A stretch of DNA of 63,919 nt, filler included, from Octopus bimaculoides (GCF_001194135.2; 6 parts of 6 records of this genome joined end to end with filler, not necessarily neighbours in it), one strand, 5' to 3'. Positions 25,318-38,545 are shown, numbered from the whole stretch's first letter. Numbers and translations: made by a program. The notes: generated by a model not told the origin, from the sequence alone.

Positions 25318-25512
25318 GTGGAGGCGCGTGGCCTAGTGGCTAGGGTGTTATTCATGATCGAAACACTTCCTTTCACGTTGCTCAAGTCCATTCAGCTTGC
25401 AAAAATGAGTAATCCTGCGGCGGCCGGACTTCCCGTTCAGGTGAGGAACATATAATCCATGGAAACCGGAAAACCAGCCCTTATGAGTCGGCATGACTTG
25501 AGGAGGAAACTT
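25318..25512 (+). mobile_element. Degenerate tRNA-derived SINE, family D (related fragment at ~42125-42200)
   Basis: GAGGCGCGTGGCCTAGTGG head; GTTGCTC.AGTCCA.TCAGCT...CCCGTTCAGG shared with 42130-42195. Confidence 0.55.
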
Positions 25513-25864
25513 TGAATATTATAAGAACATTCCAATATTATTTTCATCTTGCCAATATAGCTAATATTGTCTCTCGTCTCGCAATGATAACCGCCGCTAT
25601 ACAGTAAGTCTTGATTAGTTGTCCACAGACACAGCTCTGTCCCTCAGGTAGATTATATGAACATGTGTGCGAAGGAACGTGTACAAAAATACCTGAGGCG
25701 GGAATTGAACATTTTTATCGAACTATTGACTGATGCTTTTCTGGAAACAGTAGTCACAAGAAAACGGGAACGAAAATTGGACTGATACCCAAAATTCATA
25801 AATGTCATACTACTACTACTACTACCACTACAACCAACACCACTACCACTGTTGCTGCTACTTG

Positions 25865-25906
<42 letters not shown>

Positions 25907-25930
25907 CACTACTACTACTGCAGCTGCTAT

Positions 25931-25962
<32 letters not shown>

Positions 25963-26311
25963 TTATCTCTCCATTCCTTGCACGACTAATTAACTGTCGA
26001 TGATAATGCCTTTATCCTAGCGAAAATCATTAGCAATAATTGTTTTCTCCTTCTGTAAATTTAATAATAATTTCTATAAATCAATTTATTTTAATGCTTA
26101 ATACAACCCAACTACTTCGTACAGAAGAGATCCAAGAAGGCTGAAATAGCTGCAACATGTCATCTTGTTATATGTGTGTATGCATATGTACACATACAAT
26201 TAAACATACAAACGTACATACATATATGCATGTATGCATGTATGCATGCATGCATGCATGCATCTCATACATACATACATACATACATACATGCATATAT
26301 ACATACATACA

Positions 26312-26830
26312 TAAAGAGAAACTGTGTACAGTTGTGGAAATCAGCTGCCCAGCGGATGGTAACATAAACGAAAAAGAAAACACCTACGCTGAACTATTGA
26401 GGAATCTACAGTTACTCTATCCAGATTACAAGTTCAGCTTTATAACTGTAATCATTGGGGCGTAGGGATATGTAACACACTTCCTAAATACCAATCTTGA
26501 GAAATTAGGCTTCTCAAAACCAGAAAAGAGAAAGCTGATTCCAAGGTTACATTTCTAAGCCATTACTGGAACTGTAAAAACCTGTAAAACTTTCCAGAAG
26601 TTTATCATTAAGTATATATGAGCATGTCTACACATGCAACCATATACATGAGAATACATACATAAAGCAAAATATACAAATCTGCACGTATACCTACATA
26701 GATACAAAAATAACCTGTTGACGTTGTTGAAATTCCAATGAAGGAGCCTTAGATCTAGATTAGAAACCGGCTCTTTCTCTATGAGCGAGAAAACTTGAAA
26801 TAAAATTAAATAATAATATACATACATACA
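26312..26830 (+). mobile_element. 5'-truncated RLE-type (R4-like) LINE: endonuclease C-terminus and 3' UTR
   Basis: KEKLCTVVEISCPAD...EKENTYAELLRNLQLLYPDYKFSFITVIIGA*GYV...GTVKTCKTF; (CATA)n at both junctions. Confidence 0.8.
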
Positions 26831-27308
26831 TGCATACGTACGTACATACTTGCAACTTCGACGTCGGGACGAGAAAAAAATATCAATGATTGATAACTTC
26901 CAAATTAACAGTGACACTGAGAGGATTTAAGTGTAACCCGTTAGTATTCAGCTCACTCTATCAAATAAAATGTTTGCTTATTTATATTGTTTTGAATTTA
27001 CCATGCATTATCTTATAGCTTAGAGATTTCGATGTTGTGAGTGTTTAATTTCAGAATGATATTGTAGGGCTTTGGATCTGGCCAGTTTCAACATAAAACA
27101 GATTAAATATTTTGGTTGGATATGGCCGGTTTGAATGCTAAAAGGTATACGGAAATGCGGACGTAAAAGCATAAAATCACTTCAGAAATATTTTGGGTGT
27201 CGCATTGTGTCTTTTAGTCAACACCTCCTGAACATCAAAGTAAGAAATTATTATATTATCTGTATTCTGAACAGTGAAGGTAGTTATATCATGAGATTAG
27301 TTAGAGAC

Positions 27309-27383
27309 CTGCTGAACAAGTACTCTTGGTGTACAGCTGTTCATAAGGAATAGCTGTACACTCAGAGTACACTAGAGTTGCAG
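27309..27383 (+). ncRNA. Pre-miRNA-like hairpin (candidate)
   Basis: Core 27320-27370 GTACTCTTGGTGTACAGCTGTTC-ATAAG-GAATAGCTGTACACTCAGAGTAC: 22 of 23 positions pair (2 G:U); outer CTGC/GCAG; in non-repetitive DNA. No expression evidence. Confidence 0.4.
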
Positions 27384-28824
27384 AGCTGACTTCCTTAAAC
27401 GAAGCTTTTAGAGGAGAAATACCGACAAAAAATTACGCATGAGTACATATCGTGTAAGCTAGAGAGTATCAACAACATTGACAAGAACAATAATCTCTTA
27501 GGCATACGATAAATACACCACATTCTTCTAAATGGTTAGTCCTTTGGTGTCCAGGAACAGGAGATAACTACTAATGTCAATATCTGTAGAATATTCGATA
27601 ATGGGATACAGTTGTTGTTTTTTTTTTTTATACGGTTAACACTTGTACAAAAGTTTCTTGCATCACACGATGTAAAAGTGAAAGTATTTTATGAGAAGAT
27701 ATGGTAATGTGTTTTACGAAATAACAGAGAGTAGTGTTGACAATCTATCATTGAGTATGATGCCTTTTTGGTATTGTATAGCAGGCGATTGTTTAAGTTT
27801 GATCTAGCCATTGAAAATTAGAGTGATACACCATATCTTCGTTAGGTGATGAAGAGCAATTTTTATTGTGTGAATGTGTTTGTGAGAGTGAGTGTGTGTG
27901 TATGCGTGTGTGTGTGTGTGTGTGCGTGTGCGCACGCGTGTATGTAATGTTGGTTTGTAAAAAAAAACTAATTAAAATGATCACCGTCAATTTCTGCGTT
28001 GAGTATTTACTTGTTTTATCACATAAACTGGCTGCTCATTGGATTAACAAATGCGTGACTGAGTATTTCAGATATAATCAAATCAAACTATATCATCAGT
28101 GTGCGGCAACGATCTTCCAAATACTTTCCCTCTACCTAATTTCAGTTACAAGACTTAGTCGGACCGGATGTTATGGTAAATGACACTTGCCCAAAAAGCA
28201 ACGCTGTGGTAACTGACCCAGGACATTATGAACACTTTTAAAAGATTTAGTCATGCTGTATTAACTGGTTCTACTCATGTGATGTAATATAGACAGTTCG
28301 ACAAGTGTACAAAATACAAAATGATAGCTTAAAGTCTTAAGATATGCGGTTGTAAGTTTATGCTTCAGGTGATATAATTTATAGTTTGAAATTTCGAGGT
28401 TTATTCCAGCCTGTCTGATTCCTATTTTACTTCTGAAATATGAAATAATAAAATACCTGGTGAGCATAAACTGATACGGTAAGTGTGTAGGAAAATGCAT
28501 CAGTGCGACAACTGATGCAGAAGATGAGAAATTATAAGCAGCCTCCGCATATATGTGACCGATATTGTATGCGGTTATCCACAAATGTCATGACGATATT
28601 ATCTACTTATGACGTAGACGATGTCATGGACAACGCATGGAAAAGATAGTCCTGAGGAAAAAATTAGACGAAGTTGCAGATATATGGATGATATACTTAA
28701 CAATACTGTAAAATGTAGGCATAACAAACTATGCATAATGCTCTAGGACAGAGAAAAGGAATGGTGGAAATCAAATGTCTCACAAATTTTAAATGTTAAG
28801 GGTAAATGAAAAAAGCTATGCTGA

Positions 28825-29034
28825 ACTTTAATCTTTTACTTGTTGCAGTCATTGGACTGCAGCAATATTAGAATACCAACTCGAAGGGTTTAGTCGAAAT
28901 AAACTGACCCCAGTATTTATTTCTTCTTAAGCTTGATACTTATTTTATCCTTCTCTTTTGCCACGCTGCTAAGTTACAAGGTAATAAACAAACCTACGCC
29001 AGTTCTCAAGCGGTGAAAGATAAATACATACATG

Positions 29035-29080
<46 letters not shown>

Positions 29081-29222
29081 CGACAAGCTTCCCTGTACCA
29101 AATTCACTCGAGGCATTAGTCGTCCCGGGGCTATAGAATGACACTTGCTGAAGCTTTGGAATTGAACTAGAAATCATGTGGTTGAAAAGCAAGGTTTTTA
29201 ACCACACAGCCGTTCCCGCACC
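28825..29222 (-). mobile_element. SINE family A, degraded full-length copy with (TA)n core
   Basis: Head 29070-29222 and tail 28825-29010 match family A. Confidence 0.7.
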
Positions 29223-30097
29223 TAAAATTAACGAGAAATTTGCATATACTTCACCTTAATTGTGGTGTTAGATTCATATCCTGGAATAATACGCTAACGG
29301 CCTCGGAAACTAACTTTGAGAAACTTGCTTTCACAAAACCAGAACGAACATACATAACAAACTACAATTCAGAGATCATAAATGAAACAGTGAAAATATG
29401 TAAAATATTCAAGAAGTTTAAGTATGTAGTAAGTATATATGCAGGTGTATAGACATACAAACGTATGTATATTTGCACAATCAGATTAGCCATGCAATGA
29501 CATGCATTGAGCGAGCATACGTTCAAAAATACCAATTGGATGTGGTCTCGATTGCAGTGAGTCTTATTTGTAACTTGAACCCTGGCTTTCTCTCTCTCGT
29601 TCTTTCTTCTGTTGCTATCATTCTCTCTCTCTCTCTTTCTCTTCTCTCTTCTTCCTCTCCCCTCTCTCTTTCTTTCTCTCTCTCTCTATCTCGCTCTTTC
29701 TGACTCTCTTTCTATTGGCGATAAATTTAGAAAATTTAGAAAATAAAATCAGAATATACACAAATACATGATGATTATATAATATTCTAGAAACGTGTTG
29801 AGAGACATATGACGCCAGTAGTCTTAAACTCGTATATTTAGAGATAAACACGTATAATTCAAGATAAACAGTTATCATATGAAGAAAGATAGGAATAGAG
29901 ATCAGCAACTCTATAAAGATATGAAGATATGAATAGAGATCGGACTTTCACGTATAAATAATATTCAATACATGCTACACATGATAAAACCACATAAATC
30001 TTACACATATAAAATTGCGCCTGAGGAATGGTCTTCACCATTAACGACACCAACATACATGTGCACATATAAGCAGATAGAGAAGAAAATAAAAGAA

Positions 30098-30167
<70 letters not shown>

Positions 30168-31224
30168 CTGTGGATCTGTGGCGGAATTGTCGGCAATTAT
30201 ATCCACATATATACACAAGTCCGTTACGAAAATTACTTGTATCAATGTAACGACATATATCAAGAGAAATCGTCCCGCAAATTCACTTAAATGTGTAGGG
30301 TAATCGAAGTGCATATGTAGGTGGTGAGTAGATATACATACACAAACGCATACACACACATGCACATATTCATACTATATATGGTTTATCTGTCTTGTGT
30401 CTGAGTGCGGTGTGTGTTAAGGACTCCCAAGATATAGTTGAAAGTAATCGTTTGAAGTATACAGAACATTATATGTTGAATGCAAATATTCATTTAATTC
30501 ATATACCTACACATGCACGCGTACATACACACGCACGTACACACACTCGTATATTCAAACTAGCAGTCACATAGCCACAGATGCATATATGTACATATAT
30601 ATATAGATATATTTATATATATATATATATATNNNNNNNNNNNNNNNNNNNNNNNNNNNNNNNNNNNNNNNNNNNNNNNNNNNNNNNNNNNNNNNNNNNN
30701 NNNNNNNNNNNNNNNNNNNNNNNNNNNNNNNNNNNNNNNNNNNNNNNNNNNNNNNNNNNNNNNNNNNNNNNNNNNNNNNNNNNNNNNNNNNNNNNNNNNN
30801 NNNNNNNNNNNNNNNNNNNNNNNNNNNNNNNNNNNNNNNNNNNNNNNNNNNNNNNNNNNNNNNNNNNNNNNNNNNNNNNNNNNNNNNNNNNNNNNNNNNN
30901 NNNNNNNTATATAAACAAACGCATACCTACTCATATATGCACACATGTATACATATACATAACTATATGCGTGTGTGTGTGTGTGTTTGTGTTTGTTTCT
31001 CTGTGTGTCTGTCTGTGTGTCTCTCTGTGTGTATGTATATTTTATCTTTTACTTGTTTATTATTAGATACTGGCTATGCTGGGGCACCGTTTTGAACAAT
31101 TTTAGTCGAGTGAATTGTCTCCGGTACTAATTTTATTTCAAACGTGGTACTTATTCTATCGGTTTTTTTTTTGCCGAACCGCTAGAGTTACACTGATGTA
31201 AACACACTAACACTGGATAGAAGG

Positions 31225-32478
31225 GGTAGAAGCATGCATGGATGCCTTCGAAAAGCGGTCAAACAAAAGTATTCCATCAAATTTTCTCTGTAGATTATTG
31301 AGGTTTGTCTTAGAAAGTAACGGAATGAAGTTTAGACAAAGATTTTACCACCAGACGAAGGGTTGCGCCGTGGATACCCTCATGGCAGTTAATTTCGCTA
31401 ATGTCTTCATGACGAAATTCGAGACACAGTTACTGAAGACATTCAAATCCCTTCATGGTCATGAAGCAATTATCTGGTTACGGTTCATTGACGACGTATT
31501 TTTTTGTCTGGGAAGGATCACAGGATAGTTTAATGGACTTCTTGCTTTTCTGTGACTGTTATGCTAGAAACTATGGCTTTAAGTCCAACATAAAATTTAC
31601 GTCTAGTTCTTCAAAACTAGCGTTGAATTTTTGGACACAAAAGTCAAATTTTCTGGAGGCAGAATAGTGACTGAGTTATTTTGCAAGCCCACGTCATCCC
31701 ACATTTATCTCCACTGCCGCTCCAATCATCCACATCATCTTATTCGGTCAAATCCGAAATCCCAATTTTTGAGGATAAAATGGATTTGTACTGACATAGG
31801 GGATTACTGCTTTTGTATTTCATTATGTAAAACGCGGTTACAGTGAAACACGATTAGAGAAAATAGTAAATGAAATAGCTAAGATTTGCAAAGGTAGTCA
31901 AATCTACACGCATAATTTTAGCAAACACAATACAATAGATGACAGAATTCCTTTAGTGATTAGCTGGCACCGACATTTCGCTGGCATTTCAAAAGTGTTG
32001 CATGAAAGTTACCAGCATGTGGCGAAAAAATATTTTCGTTTCAAACAGATATTTCCTCAGCCGCCTATTAGACCGAATAGGAATATAAGAGAATTATTGA
32101 CCTCTATATCTGACTCCAAGAAAACGAACATTGGAGTATCTACACACTGTACCTTAAAGAACAGCCGCAAGAGAGGTAAGCCCTGTTCATTGTGCAACAA
32201 CATAAATGAAGTGAATTCCACCAGAAATCATAACAGAAATGTTATGAATTATACAGATGGTAGAACATGTAAAGATTCCCATTTGGTGTACGCTGCAGAA
32301 TACACGAAACACAAATTAATTTATGTTGATTGTACAACAGAACAATTAAACAAAAGGTTTAATGGGCACAGATTCGACGTCAGGCACAATTACAGTAGTT
32401 CAACAGAACTTGCTGAACATTTCGTTTCAAACAGATATTTCCTCAGCCGCCTATTAGACCGAATAGGAATATAAGAGA
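31225..32478 (+). mobile_element. Penelope-like element (RT C-terminal half plus GIY-YIG endonuclease), frameshifted
   Basis: FYHQTKGCAVDTLMAVNFANVFM, WLRFIDDVFF, ELFCKPTSSHIYLHCRSNHP, RIPLVISWH, CSLC, LIYVDCTTEQLNKRFNGHRFD, ELAEHF. Confidence 0.9.
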
Positions 32479-33102
32479 NNNNNNNNNNNNNNNNNNNNNN
32501 NNNNNNNNNNNNNNNNNNNNNNNNNNNNNNNNNNNNNNNNNNNNNNNNNNNNNNNNNNNNNNNNNNNNNNNNNNNNNNNNNNNNNNNNNNNNNNNNNNNN
32601 NNNNNNNNNNNNNNNNNNNNNNNNNNNNNNNNNNNNNNNNNNNNNNNNNNNNNNNNNNNNNNNNNNNNNNNNNNNNNNNNNNNNNNNNNNNNNNNNNNNN
32701 NNNNNNNNNNNNNNNNNNNNNNNNNNNNNNNNNNNNNNNNNNNNNNNNNNNNNNNNNNNNNNNNNNNNNNNNNNNNNNNNNNNNNNNNNNNNNNNNNNNN
32801 NNNNNNNNNNNNNNNNNNNNNNNNNNNNNNNNNNNNNNNNNNNNNNNNNNNNNNNNNNNNNNNNNNNNNNNNNNNNNNNNNNNNNNNNNNNNNNNNNNNN
32901 NNNNNNNNNNNNNNNNNNNNNNNNNNNNNNNNNNNNNNNNNNNNNNNNNNNNNNNNNNNNNNNNNNNNNNNNNNNNNNNNNNNNNNNNNNNNNNNNNNNN
33001 NNNNNNNNNNNNNNNNNNNNNNNNNNNNNNNNNNNNNNNNNNNNNNNNNNNNNNNNNNNNNNNNNNNNNNNNNNNNNNNNNNNNNNNNNNNNNNNNNNNN
33101 NN

Positions 33103-34075
33103 ATATACTAGAGATTCTGTTGGTAGATTCCGTCATATATTTATGAATGTAGCGCTGAGCCAGGATGAAAAGTCGTCAGGTTGTGCCCTAATTTTGTATG
33201 AGTCTTTTGACCCTCAACTACAACAATGGCGCGACGACAGTGATGGCCAGTCACTTTCTATTTGTTCCTGGTTTCCAGCACAAATCCTCCCAAATGCACA
33301 TCGGCCAAGTCGAGCCAGACGACTGTTTGATTGCTTTTTCTTTCCTTGTCTTCATGGTTTAGTTGGTTTAGTACATCTGTGTTCCAAACACCCAGAAAAA
33401 CTTGGGATGCCGCTCTTTTGGATAGATATATCAAGATACTTATTTTTCAACATGCAGATTGTCATCCCTTTCTCTTTAATGAAGAAAACATTGCTTTCTG
33501 CGTTCATGAGAGAAATTGCTCACAAATGGCTAATTACAGTATTTTGCTTCCTCGGCTCTTTTTCAGAATGATGAGATGGCGCCTTTTCTTCATAGTTTCT
33601 GAAAATGTTTCAATATTCTGCTAAGTAGCATTGGACATTTCTTGTAAACTTAAGGAGTAAAATTCGATTATTAGGTAGACACTAATCAAGCTTTTCGTAC
33701 ATTTTGAACATGTTTCAATTCAGGATCCTAACCATTAAGCTCTTTTTCGAGATCTCCTCTCCGCTGATTTCCAAGTGATCCCTCAATGCTTGTTCTCTAG
33801 AATGTATTGAGACATCTTTGAGAAGTTCTTTCCCAACTTCCTTAAGGCTGGTCAGTCTCCCAGGTCTTGTTTCTCTCAATATCGCATTGATAAACTTGTA
33901 TGGAACATTTATAAACTGAACTCCATCTCCTTCTTCAGTCTCCAAAACTATTCTAGCCTTCTTAGCCTCTACAGTTCTTCCCGAAGTCCTCTGGTGAACA
34001 TTTTATGCCTCCTTTTCTCCGCAACACTTGCACTTTCGAACTTCTTATTGGGAACCTTAATATCTTTCTTCTGAT
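33103..34075 (-). mobile_element. HERO-type (RLE superfamily) non-LTR retrotransposon RT fragment, degenerate
   Basis: FINVPYKFINAILRETRPGRLTSLKE (pre-RT region), YLDISIQKSGIPSFSGCLEH and VVWLDLAD, matching the QKGGIPGFSGCLEH...VVWLDLANAYG motifs I recall for HERO. Confidence 0.7.
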
Positions 34076-34125
34076 GTGAGATCTCTCTCCCTCTGTCTGT
34101 CTTTCTTTCTCTGTCAATCGCTCTG

Positions 34126-34164
<39 letters not shown>

Positions 34165-34751
34165 NNNNNNNNNNNNNNNNNNNNNNNNNNNNNNNNNNNN
34201 NNNNNNNNNNNNNNNNNNNNNNNNNNNNNNNNNNNNNNNNNNNNNNNNNNNNNNNNNNNNNNNNNNNNNNNNNNNNNNNNNNNNNNNNNNNNNNNNNNNN
34301 NNNNNNNNNNNNNNNNNNNNNNNNNNNNNNNNNNNNNNNNNNNNNNNNNNNNNNNNNNNNNNNNNNNNNNNNNNNNNNNNNNNNNNNNNNNNNNNNNNNN
34401 NNNNNNNNNNNNNNNNNNNNNNNNNNNNNNNNNNNNNNNNNNNNNNNNNNNNNNNNNNNNNNNNNNNNNNNNNNNNNNNNNNNNNNNNNNNNNNNNNNNN
34501 NNNNNNNNNNNNNNNNNNNNNNNNNNNNNNNNNNNNNNNNNNNNNNNNNNNNNNNNNNNNNNNNNNNNNNNNNNNNNNNNNNNNNNNNNNNNNNNNNNNN
34601 NNNNNNNNNNNNNNNNNNNNNNNNNNNNNNNNNNNNNNNNNNNNNNNNNNNNNNNNNNNNNNNNNNNNNNNNNNNNNNNNNNNNNNNNNNNNNNNNNNNN
34701 NNNNNNNNNNNNNNNNNNNNNNNNNNNNNNNNNNNNNNNNNNNNNNNNNNN

Positions 34752-34793
<42 letters not shown>

Positions 34794-35428
34794 GCATTTA
34801 TCTATACATACATATTATATATACATACCTATATATATCACAAAAAACATAAAATAACAGCCATAATTTTCTACACAACGCCGTGTCTTGCAGGTACATA
34901 TATCTATGCGCACTTACACACATTTCGTACACTACGCGTGCGCGCAATTCTCCCAAAAATTCACAAACGAATACTCATGTTCATATATATATGTGTATAC
35001 ATGCATGTGTATATATACACATACATATATAGAGACAGAAACAAACCCACAAACACCTACACACACACACAAATACGTATATATATCCAAGCATACATAT
35101 GCACATATACGTAAATGGAAAATGAAGGCATCCGAAAATATATACATATAAACATATACATATTTCATTCTGCGTGTCTTTTGCTGTTCAAAGTCTTGTA
35201 CATATTTTGTCTTAGTTATAAGTTCTTAATAACATTTCCCAACCATATATTAATATGTTCATGTGTACTTGCGTTTTGTATGGTAGTATATTTACACACA
35301 AAGACGTGCATATAAACATTATGATGGATTTTTGTCTACCTTTGAAGAGACGTACATATATTTTTTCATGTCTTTTAATACATATATGTATACAAACATT
35401 TCTATACGCGTAAGCAGAAAATCATATG

Positions 35429-35459
<31 letters not shown>

Positions 35460-35734
35460 ATATATATACATATATATACATATATATACATATGTATATA
35501 TGTATGTATATATATATGTATATATANNNNNNNNNNNNNNNNNNNNNNNNNNNNNNNNNNNNNNNNNNNNTTAATTAATTAANNNNNNNNNNNNNNNNNN
35601 NNNNNNNNNNNNNNNNNNNNNNNNNNGCAGTTGAGAAAGCCCCTTTGAGCCAAGTGATTTAGTGAGAGTGTTCGGTGAAGGAGCAAACGAAACAAATTTT
35701 AGAACCACATTTGAGGGTATTTATCTCTATCTTT

Positions 35735-35976
35735 TATCTTTTACTTGTTTCAGTCATTAGACTGCGACCATGCTGGGGCACTACTTTGAAGAACATTTCG
35801 TCGAATGAATTGACCACACTACTTAATTTTGTACTTATTCTATCAGTCACTTTTACCGAACCGCTAATGTTGCGAGGGACGTAAATATACCAACAACTGT
35901 TGTCAAGTTGTGGTGGTAGTGGTGGTGGTAGTGGTGGTGGTGGTGGTGGGACAGACACAGATACAAAGACAAACAC

Positions 35977-36023
<47 letters not shown>

Positions 36024-36245
36024 TGGCTTCTTTCACTTTCCGTCTACCAAATCCACCCATAAGGCTTTGGTCGGCCCGAGGCTATAGTAGAAGACATTTG
36101 CCCAAGAGTTGAATTATTCAAACCCAAAAGAATTCCTCTCGACACATGGCTATGATGCTCCCCCACTATTTCTGCTCGATATCAGAGATGCACATATCGT
36201 CATCCACCAAGTTGAGGTCAAACAACTGACAAGCAAATCTATGTA
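35735..36245 (-). mobile_element. SINE A copy (35735-36105) whose head is replaced by an element-E fragment (36106-36245)
   Basis: Matches 2300-2612 and 5575-5760 respectively. Confidence 0.7.
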
Positions 36246-36261
36246 TTATTATTATTATTAT

Positions 36262-36665
36262 GGGTATGTGCTGTGGTTTGTTGTGGTGCTGTTATGGTTA
36301 CTGTATTGAAAGTGTTTTGCGTAGGATGTGTGCAGTGTCCAGTAGTGCAATTTTCTGTATGTTATATATATTTGTAAGTCCTGGTGTTTTTGTTATGTAT
36401 TTGTCTGAATATTTTTTTATTATACATAAGGCACCTACTATGATAAGAATTGTTTCTGTTTTTAGATTCCACATTCGAGTTACCTCTGTTTCCAGGTCTT
36501 TGTATTTTGAAAGTTTTTCCATTTCTTTTAGGGAAACGTTGTCATCTGCTGGTATTGATACATCAATTAGAAAGCATTTTTTTTCTTCATGATCTTTGAC
36601 AACTATATCTGGTCTATTTGCCTTAATTTCTCTATCTGTGTGTATTGGCATATCCCAGAGTATGG

Positions 36666-36672
<7 letters not shown>
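36262..36672 (-). mobile_element. 5'-truncated R4/Dong-like LINE: complete RLE domain and start of 3' UTR, between (AAT)n tracts
   Basis: ORF 36298-36651: TDREIKANRPDIVVKDHEEKKCFLIDVSIPADDNVSLKEMEKLSKYKDLE...IIVGAL...KIALLDTAHILRK (PD-D/E-K). Confidence 0.9.
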
Positions 36673-36743
<71 letters not shown>

Positions 36744-36744
36744 T

Positions 36745-37745
36745 CTCTTCACCACAGGTTTTGTTGGAGCTCCTGGAGTCTTGTATGCGTAGCGGGCTTA
36801 CTACCTGCAGTCTACGGTACCAGGCTATTCGTTCTTTTCAACTATCTCATACTTTCTTGATTATTCTGGCCATGCCATAGGAGACAAACCTTTAGTAACA
36901 GTTCTACTGGGCACTCTATTCCAGTTTTCTTTATATTCCTCTTGATTACTTCTGATACTGTTCCCAAGGACCCAACAATAATTGGCACTATCTCCCCCTT
37001 CATTTTCCATTGCTAGGCTATTTCGTACTTAAGAGGGTTGTATCTATCTATCGCTTTGCCTTCCTTCTTGACTATTCGTGAGTCAAAGGAGCATACCACA
37101 TCAACTATATAGCATATGTGGTGCATCTTGTCCGCCACCACTAGTTCCGGTCTGTTACGCTCTAGCACCTGATCTGTTTGGATTGGGAAATCGCAGAGGA
37201 TTTTGCTAGTCTCCGACTCCGTCACTCTCTGCGGTTTGCGCTCATACCACATCTTGCCTCTCTCTAGCCCCCACTTTTCGCACAATTTCCAATGTAGCAC
37301 TTTCTCTACCTGGTCGGGTCGCCACAACTCGTGATATGGGCAATGATTTCATCCACTCTATTGCAGATGCGGTACAACGGAGATACTTGTTCATTCCTAA
37401 GGTTTACCCTCCAGTTCGTGGCCAAAGCTTGGTCTTGCGCTGCCAGTATAGTGCTCTCGGTTTCTTTTTTAGGGTTCCTTTCATCAGCCAATCCCACCTA
37501 TTTTTTCCAGCAACTTCTGTTGTGGCTACATGGAATTGATTGTGTAGTCCCTTCTTGCACAATTCTTCTTCATGGCCTTTTTGCACTTCTTCCTTTGTTT
37601 TTCCTGTTTTCTCTGCTTTAAATACTCCCTCGTTCCTAACTGTCACTAGCAAGGTTTCCTTACTTTGGGCGAGATATCTCATTAAGCTCTCGAGTTCGAT
37701 ACGCACGCAGTCTTCCACACTTTTGTACATGGAATGATTAAACAG
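36745..37745 (-). mobile_element. Second R4/Dong-like LINE family: RT tail, CCHC zinc knuckle, RLE and 3' UTR with (AAT)n tail; degenerate
   Basis: KKETESTILAAQDQALATNW, SPLYRICNRVDEIIAHITSC, LHWKLCEKWG, DFPIQTDQVLERNRPELVV, IVPIIVGSLG. Confidence 0.88.
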
Positions 37746-37855
37746 TCACAATTAATAAAAAAAATATAAACCTTTTCAAATTAAAATAAACGTGAAACGA
37801 TGTTTTATGAGGTATCTATTTATTTCTGTCATGTCTGTGTATACACACACACACA

Positions 37856-37886
<31 letters not shown>

Positions 37887-38269
37887 GTATGTATGTATAT
37901 TACATGTATGTACATAAGAGAAACAGTATAATTTGTTTGGTGCGGGGGACAAAAAAGCAGTGGGAAGAGAATATAAGTACAATATTTCATTGGCTAATAC
38001 GGTATATTCCTTACATTTTGATACAAATTAAAACTAGCCAACAGATAGCAGATCAAATTTAGCTCTAGCTGTATTGCGAACATTGAGAATATAATACAGA
38101 AGAGCAACAGAAAAAGAGTAATATAAAGACCTGGAGAGCACAATATTAATCAATTTAAGAGTTAGGTCCCCTTGAAGGTAATGCATCACTAACGCTATAT
38201 CATACCAAGATGATGTATCACACAAATTAAACTCTGTTAAAATTAAATCACACTATTGTACATAACGGT

Positions 38270-38545
38270 AACTTCAACATCTGCTACTTAAGCCATAAAG
38301 ATACCTTCAAGTATTATGAAAAGAGAAATGCCACCGTCCTATGTAGATACATATGGCAGCTGAAAAGAGTTGAGGTCAAGAATTTCAAAATCAGATGCAA
38401 ACGTATTTAATCGTCACAAGAAAATGTAATTTAGGCACTGCTAAGAAATATCATTTCTGAAATTAAACTACTAACCACTTAAAAGTTTAAAACAAAAATA
38501 ACTAATATGTATCGTCACGAAAGTCAATTTTATTTATTCAGCTAC
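38270..38545 (+). mobile_element. Heavily degraded Naiad-type PLE GIY-YIG fragment
   Basis: HKDTFKYYEKRNATVLCRYIWQLK, then frameshifted RKCNLG..K and YRHESQFYL. Confidence 0.55.

Noticed and set aside
28497-28520. TGCATCAGT-GCGACA-ACTGATGCA 9-bp hairpin
   Set aside because: Too short to exceed chance expectation in 64 kb
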